This document shows, in pieces, positions 16,561 to 20,000 of a DNA stretch of 20,000 nt. Below the pieces are notes generated by a model, which did no database searches, was not told the DNA's origin, and saw nothing but the letters and a program-made list of their open reading frames with translations. A program made the translations under genes and the position numbers. The stretch is from the IMG/VR virus record IMGVR_UViG_3300028561_000005; one strand, given 5' to 3'. Numbering within the stretch: position 1 is the first letter of the stretch; every line of letters begins with the position of its first letter. The DNA is from an uncultured virus (IMG/VR IMGVR_UViG_3300028561_000005). Its lineage: Duplodnaviria > Heunggongvirae > Uroviricota > Caudoviricetes.

Positions 16561-16863
16561 TTAATTGCGACCGTTAAAACGTTCTACGTCATGAAATCTG
16601 TTCATGAGTCTGCCTGTGTCCCAGTCATAAACTTCAAGACAGTATCCATCATAGCAGTAGAAACAGTTTCTGTAAATGATCCATGGCTCTCCTATCGGAT
16701 GGAAGTAAACTGTTCTTCTTCCTGAAGATGAGGTTTCGGCCATAAATGAATATGTCGCTGCCGATACCGTTATCGGTTCGGTCTTGAACAGTGATGCTGC
16801 CGGTGTGGCAAGCAGTGTTAATGCGAGTGCACATGATGCAATCGTTTTAGTGAGTTTCTTCAT
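16561..16863 (-). CDS. Small secreted protein (100 aa), paralogue of 16229..16546
   Basis: RBS AAGGAGG; signal peptide MKKLTK…PITVSA; shares LEVY…G.L with its neighbour. Confidence 0.82.
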   Translation of the reverse strand: MKKLTKTIASCALALTLLATPAASLFKTEPITVSAATYSFMAETSSSGRRTVYFHPIGEPWIIYRNCFYCYDGYCLEVYDWDTGRLMNRFHDVERFNGRN

Positions 16864-16890
16864 TGTAGTTTCCTCCTTAAATATGTATAA

Positions 16891-17364
16891 TCAACGTACT
16901 TTGCCAGGTTTACAGATGTAGTCTACCGCAAATGGAATTGGCGTCTTCATCATGACAACGTACTCTGACTGACCGAGTTGTGTGTCACTCATATCGACGA
17001 AACCGTTGCGTTCATAGAACGGAACCTTTGTTTTTATGAGATAATCTTTGACATCGTCAATGTGTGCTTCGTATTCTTCTTCAGATACGCAGCCAACTTT
17101 AGCAAATATCGGATACTGTCCGAGAGATGCTGCTCTGAATATTGCTTTAGTACCGAGACCTTTACGTCTATACTCCGGTTCAATGTTTATCAGATCCAAA
17201 TATACAAACCGTTCAGGGCGGTGGTTTAAACCTTCGATATCGTCGAAGAGTCTTTCCTTATTTCCCATTCCGTCGACATAGTCATAAAGCTGAAACTTTA
17301 CGATTCCGGCTTCATGTCCTTCGTAATACAGTGTTGTTTCGTATGATTCTGATTTAATATACAT
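16891..17364 (-). CDS. GNAT-family N-acetyltransferase (157 aa)
   Basis: Acetyl-CoA binding motif A (YLDLINIEPEYRRKGLGT) and C-terminal FYERNGF; RBS AAAGGGG. Confidence 0.88.
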   Translation of the reverse strand: MYIKSESYETTLYYEGHEAGIVKFQLYDYVDGMGNKERLFDDIEGLNHRPERFVYLDLINIEPEYRRKGLGTKAIFRAASLGQYPIFAKVGCVSEEEYEAHIDDVKDYLIKTKVPFYERNGFVDMSDTQLGQSEYVVMMKTPIPFAVDYICKPGKVR

Positions 17365-17388
17365 AGTAACCCCTTTCTGATTTAAGAC

Positions 17389-17421
17389 GAATAAAGGACT
17401 GCAGTATCGAACTGCAGTCCT
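17389..17421 (-). terminator. Hairpin / weak intrinsic terminator
   Basis: Stem AGGACTGCAGT/ACTGCAGTCCT (17395-17421) with a short TTATT tail, just after the stop at 17433. Confidence 0.7.
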
Positions 17422-17432
17422 GAATTAGCGAA

Positions 17433-17939
17433 TTACTTCTTAAGCCATGAAGGGCAGCTTGATGAAGCTTTGATCTTGTCGAATGCAGGAATCTGTTTTT
17501 CTTCGCCTGTTGATGGAACCTTTGTTGTTGATGCTTCTTTGTGTTCCATCTTAAGTGTGCACTTGCTTGTTTCTGTGTTCCAGAGAGCAACCTTTGTTCC
17601 GCTCTGAAGAGTTGTTCCGAGCCAAGCCTTTGAGATGTCTACCATATTTGCTGCTACTGATGGTGAAGGTGTGTATCCTTCAGCAAGTCCTGCAGCTTCT
17701 GTCTTTGATACTCCGCCTGCCTGTGAGAGTACTTCGGAACAGATTGATGTGAACTTTTCATGCGGATTTACTGTATCCTTAGCATTACCCTTGCCGTCGA
17801 ATACTGTGATATTGAAATCCTTGTCTGTGATCATAGCGCGCATGATTGCCGCGTTTGTCTTGTCTGAAGCCTTGTTTGAGTTTGCTTCAGCGATTTCCTT
17901 AAGTACTTCATTCATTGATTTTACTTCTGCCATTGTCAT
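17433..17939 (-). CDS. Putative HU/IHF-like DNA-binding protein with N-terminal extension (168 aa)
   Basis: RBS AGGAGG (start could be 17933). The C-terminal half TLQSGTKVAL…TLKMEHKEASTTKVPSTGEEKQIPAFDKIKA parallels the HU beta-arm (G..V.L…F.V.ER.AR.GRNP.TGE.I.IPA). Confidence 0.55.
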   Translation of the reverse strand: MTMAEVKSMNEVLKEIAEANSNKASDKTNAAIMRAMITDKDFNITVFDGKGNAKDTVNPHEKFTSICSEVLSQAGGVSKTEAAGLAEGYTPSPSVAANMVDISKAWLGTTLQSGTKVALWNTETSKCTLKMEHKEASTTKVPSTGEEKQIPAFDKIKASSSCPSWLKK

Positions 17940-18090
17940 TTACCTCCTGAATTGTTTGTGATTGTTTACTTCTATCGAAAAGCTTTTTGACTTTTGATTT
18001 GCCATTAGCCTCGATAATCTTATTGAGTTCTTCTGCTGACATTGATGTCAGCTCTTTTAGAAAGGTTTCCTGATTATACAATTCATTCAC
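17908..18090 (-). CDS. Small hypothetical protein (60 aa, GTG start)
   Basis: Fills the gap in the co-directional gene run; possible RBS AAGGTAG; overlaps the next gene by 32 nt. Confidence 0.6.
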   Translation of the reverse strand: MNELYNQETFLKELTSMSAEELNKIIEANGKSKVKKLFDRSKQSQTIQEVNDNGRSKINE

Positions 18091-18126
18091 CTACCTTCTA
18101 TTATTCAGTAGTTGAATGTACTGTAA

Positions 18127-19089
18127 TTATTTAAATCCCCATTCCTCACATATACGGGTAGTAGAGGAAGGGTCGACTTCTTTATTTGACGTTGTATTAC
18201 TTGGGAGTTCCCAAGTATACTGGATAACGTCAGTTTTAACCTGGTCGATTATTGATTTTGGAATGTCTGATACATCGCATATGTAACCAGCATCCATAAA
18301 TGGATTCCATATTACAATACGTTTGACATTCTTATAGTGTTCAATACCTGACTGAAGACCCATTACATACTCTGTAAGAATATGAAGTGTGTCTTTAGAA
18401 TTAGGCTTTGATTTAGACAAAGAGACTCTGACTAATGCATCATCACATAATAAGTCAGGACGTCCGCTTGTAATTGTTTCTGAATAAGCAAAGTCATTCA
18501 GATATGTCGGATAATTGATAACGTTTAAACGTTCTTTCTCGAAAAAGCCGATTGAACGCATAAGCATTACCTCTAGGTTTCCGATGTCTTTTAAATCAGC
18601 GTTATTATATCTTGATATGATATTCGCTGGTGATTGGTCTAGCATCATCTCATATGCCGTAAATGATGCTAATAAACATATCTGGTCGTGAAAAGATGGT
18701 ACCGGTGAAATTACTGATTCACATGTATTGTTTATAATCTTTGCGATATTGGATTTACGATTGTTGAAATACTTTATAGTGCCGTCCAGACTCGGTAATG
18801 CATCCGGATGACGTTCTGAAATCTTGGTAAGTGTTTTAAGATCTTTGTCAATACATTTAATGTATTTGTTTGCCCCGTCAATAGCTGGTGCTAAAACACC
18901 ATATCTATCAACAGGTTCTTTTGAACAAAAACAACGTAAGCAATAAACCATAAGCAGCCTCGAAAACTGAGGCTGCTTGATAGCTGGTAAATTGCTCGAA
19001 CAATTAGACACAGTTCTGAATAACGTGAGCGGAATAACCGCTTTCTTATTTGGTGACTTGTATTTGGCTACTCTCTGTGAAATTGTCAT
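18127..19089 (-). CDS. Hypothetical protein, possible degenerate PD-(D/E)xK nuclease fold (320 aa)
   Basis: RBS AAAGGAG. SGRPDLLCDDALVRVSLSKSKP…TLHILTEY…IVIWNP has the PD, strand, helix, NP layout but lacks (D/E)xK. Confidence 0.5.
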   Translation of the reverse strand: MTISQRVAKYKSPNKKAVIPLTLFRTVSNCSSNLPAIKQPQFSRLLMVYCLRCFCSKEPVDRYGVLAPAIDGANKYIKCIDKDLKTLTKISERHPDALPSLDGTIKYFNNRKSNIAKIINNTCESVISPVPSFHDQICLLASFTAYEMMLDQSPANIISRYNNADLKDIGNLEVMLMRSIGFFEKERLNVINYPTYLNDFAYSETITSGRPDLLCDDALVRVSLSKSKPNSKDTLHILTEYVMGLQSGIEHYKNVKRIVIWNPFMDAGYICDVSDIPKSIIDQVKTDVIQYTWELPSNTTSNKEVDPSSTTRICEEWGFK

Positions 19090-19102
19090 AAGCTTATCTC
19101 CT

Positions 19103-19474
19103 TTATAATTTCGCTACATATGCAACGAATTTTTCAGGTTTGACTTCTACACAGTATTCGTCAACACCTTTACATGCGCCTCTTGAATTAAGCTGATCAG
19201 TTGATAAATCAAGTGTACATTTCCATGCATACTTGGTTTTTGTTTCTTCTGACACAAGCATGTCTCCGTATCCTAAGAATCTAACCGCTTTAAACGATTT
19301 CCCGTTCTCAAGGACAACAGTATACTTGATGGCGTCGTCATCTTCGTCATAATAGGTTTCAATAGAATGAAGCTTTAATAACGATGATACACGGTTTGAT
19401 TTTGGTGCGTGCTTATCGACGTTATGTCTGTCGATTGTGTGGTAATGCGATGCACCTGTTACAAATCGTTCCAT
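19103..19474 (-). CDS. Hypothetical protein (123 aa), paralogue of 19492..19866
   Basis: RBS AAAGGAG; shares YH.I..HNVD and FLGYG motifs with its neighbour. Confidence 0.82.
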   Translation of the reverse strand: MERFVTGASHYHTIDRHNVDKHAPKSNRVSSLLKLHSIETYYDEDDDAIKYTVVLENGKSFKAVRFLGYGDMLVSEETKTKYAWKCTLDLSTDQLNSRGACKGVDEYCVEVKPEKFVAYVAKL

Positions 19475-19491
19475 ACATAATTACTCCTTTC

Positions 19492-19866
19492 TCATAAGAA
19501 TGTAATATGAACAGTTTTAGTTTTAGGGTATATCTCAATGATACGTTCGTCACCATCGTTCGATAATGCCGAAATGTTATCACGGCGAACATTTAAAACT
19601 CTCAACAGTTCTTTAAATGTTCCGGTATGGGTTGTAGTTAATACACCTCCATATCCTAAAAACTTCTGACAATTTAGTACAACTCCTGTATCCAGTCGTA
19701 CTAAAATTACTCGGTCTCTATTACAACGGTATTCGTTGATAGAAACCACTTTACATACAGGTCTTCCTTTTTCTCTTTTAAAGGAATTCCTATCGACATT
19801 GTGTTGATTGATCTCGTGATATTGACCTGGATCAATATTATATTTACTTCCTTTACGTCTTCCCAT
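19492..19866 (-). CDS. Hypothetical protein (124 aa), basic N-terminus
   Basis: RBS AAAGGA; first gene after the putative early promoter; starts MGRRKGSK. Confidence 0.82.
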   Translation of the reverse strand: MGRRKGSKYNIDPGQYHEINQHNVDRNSFKREKGRPVCKVVSINEYRCNRDRVILVRLDTGVVLNCQKFLGYGGVLTTTHTGTFKELLRVLNVRRDNISALSNDGDERIIEIYPKTKTVHITFL

Positions 19867-19906
19867 TGGTTTTCATCCTTTCTATAGATGTGAATTGGAT
19901 TGCTTT

Positions 19907-19925
19907 CTACATATATAATATATAA
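19907..19925 (-). promoter_or_regulatory. Putative jumbo-phage early promoter (TATATTAT core)
   Basis: Minus strand TTATATATTATATATGTAG lies between a terminator and the first gene of a run of small accessory genes; resembles phiKZ (TATATTAC) and AR9 early promoter cores. Confidence 0.55.
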
Positions 19926-19938
19926 GTCAAAATTCAAC

Positions 19939-19976
19939 AAAAAAAATAATGGAGAGGTATGTAACCTCTCCATTAT
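19939..19976 (-). terminator. Intrinsic terminator of a gene outside the window
   Basis: 13-bp stem ATAATGGAGAGGT/ACCTCTCCATTAT (19946-19976) followed by a T run on the minus strand. Confidence 0.9.
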
Positions 19977-20000
19977 ATCCGTGTTAGCGTTTTAGTTTGT

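Noticed and set aside
12741..17961. Plus-strand ORFs and short alternative-frame minus ORFs in the accessory region
   Set aside because: They are antisense to or nested in well-supported minus-strand genes with strong RBSs.
19707..19973. 88-aa minus-strand ORF
   Set aside because: It starts inside a terminator stem, crosses the putative promoter and overlaps a better-supported gene out of frame.
1..20000. Stop-codon reassignment as the reason the left 12 kb looks unannotated
   Set aside because: The segments translated are open under the standard code, and accessory genes end normally at TAA/TGA. The gap is explained by the ORF running off the window.
1..20000. CRISPR array, tRNA, rRNA, intron or mobile element
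   Set aside because: Intergenic gaps are about 145 nt or less and are accounted for by terminators, promoters and RBSs. No repeat-spacer pattern, cloverleaf, transposase or integrase motif was seen.

Overview
Most likely a fragment of a large (jumbo-type, AR9/PBS1/phiKZ-like by inference) phage genome infecting a Firmicute, probably a cellulosome/dockerin-using Ruminococcus-like host. Every credible gene is on the minus strand. Bases 12161 to the left edge are one uninterrupted reading frame of more than 4,050 codons that the ORF track misses because its stop lies outside the window. It looks like a tape-measure/tail lysin with glycine-rich hydrophobic repeats followed by C39-like peptidase, lysozyme-like and M23 peptidase domains. 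The right 8 kb is an accessory region of short genes with strong RBSs and five intrinsic terminators. Its most unusual content is four signal-peptide-bearing proteins, two of which carry dockerin domains. One is a transglutaminase-like/dockerin protein split by a single extra A in an A7 run just before its catalytic Cys. Also present are a GNAT, an HU-like protein, a FlbD-like protein, a degenerate PD-(D/E)xK-like protein, tandem paralogues, and motifs resembling AR9-type early (TATATTAT) and late (AACA-N6-TA/G) promoters. All assignments come from manual translation and motif recognition; no searches were run.
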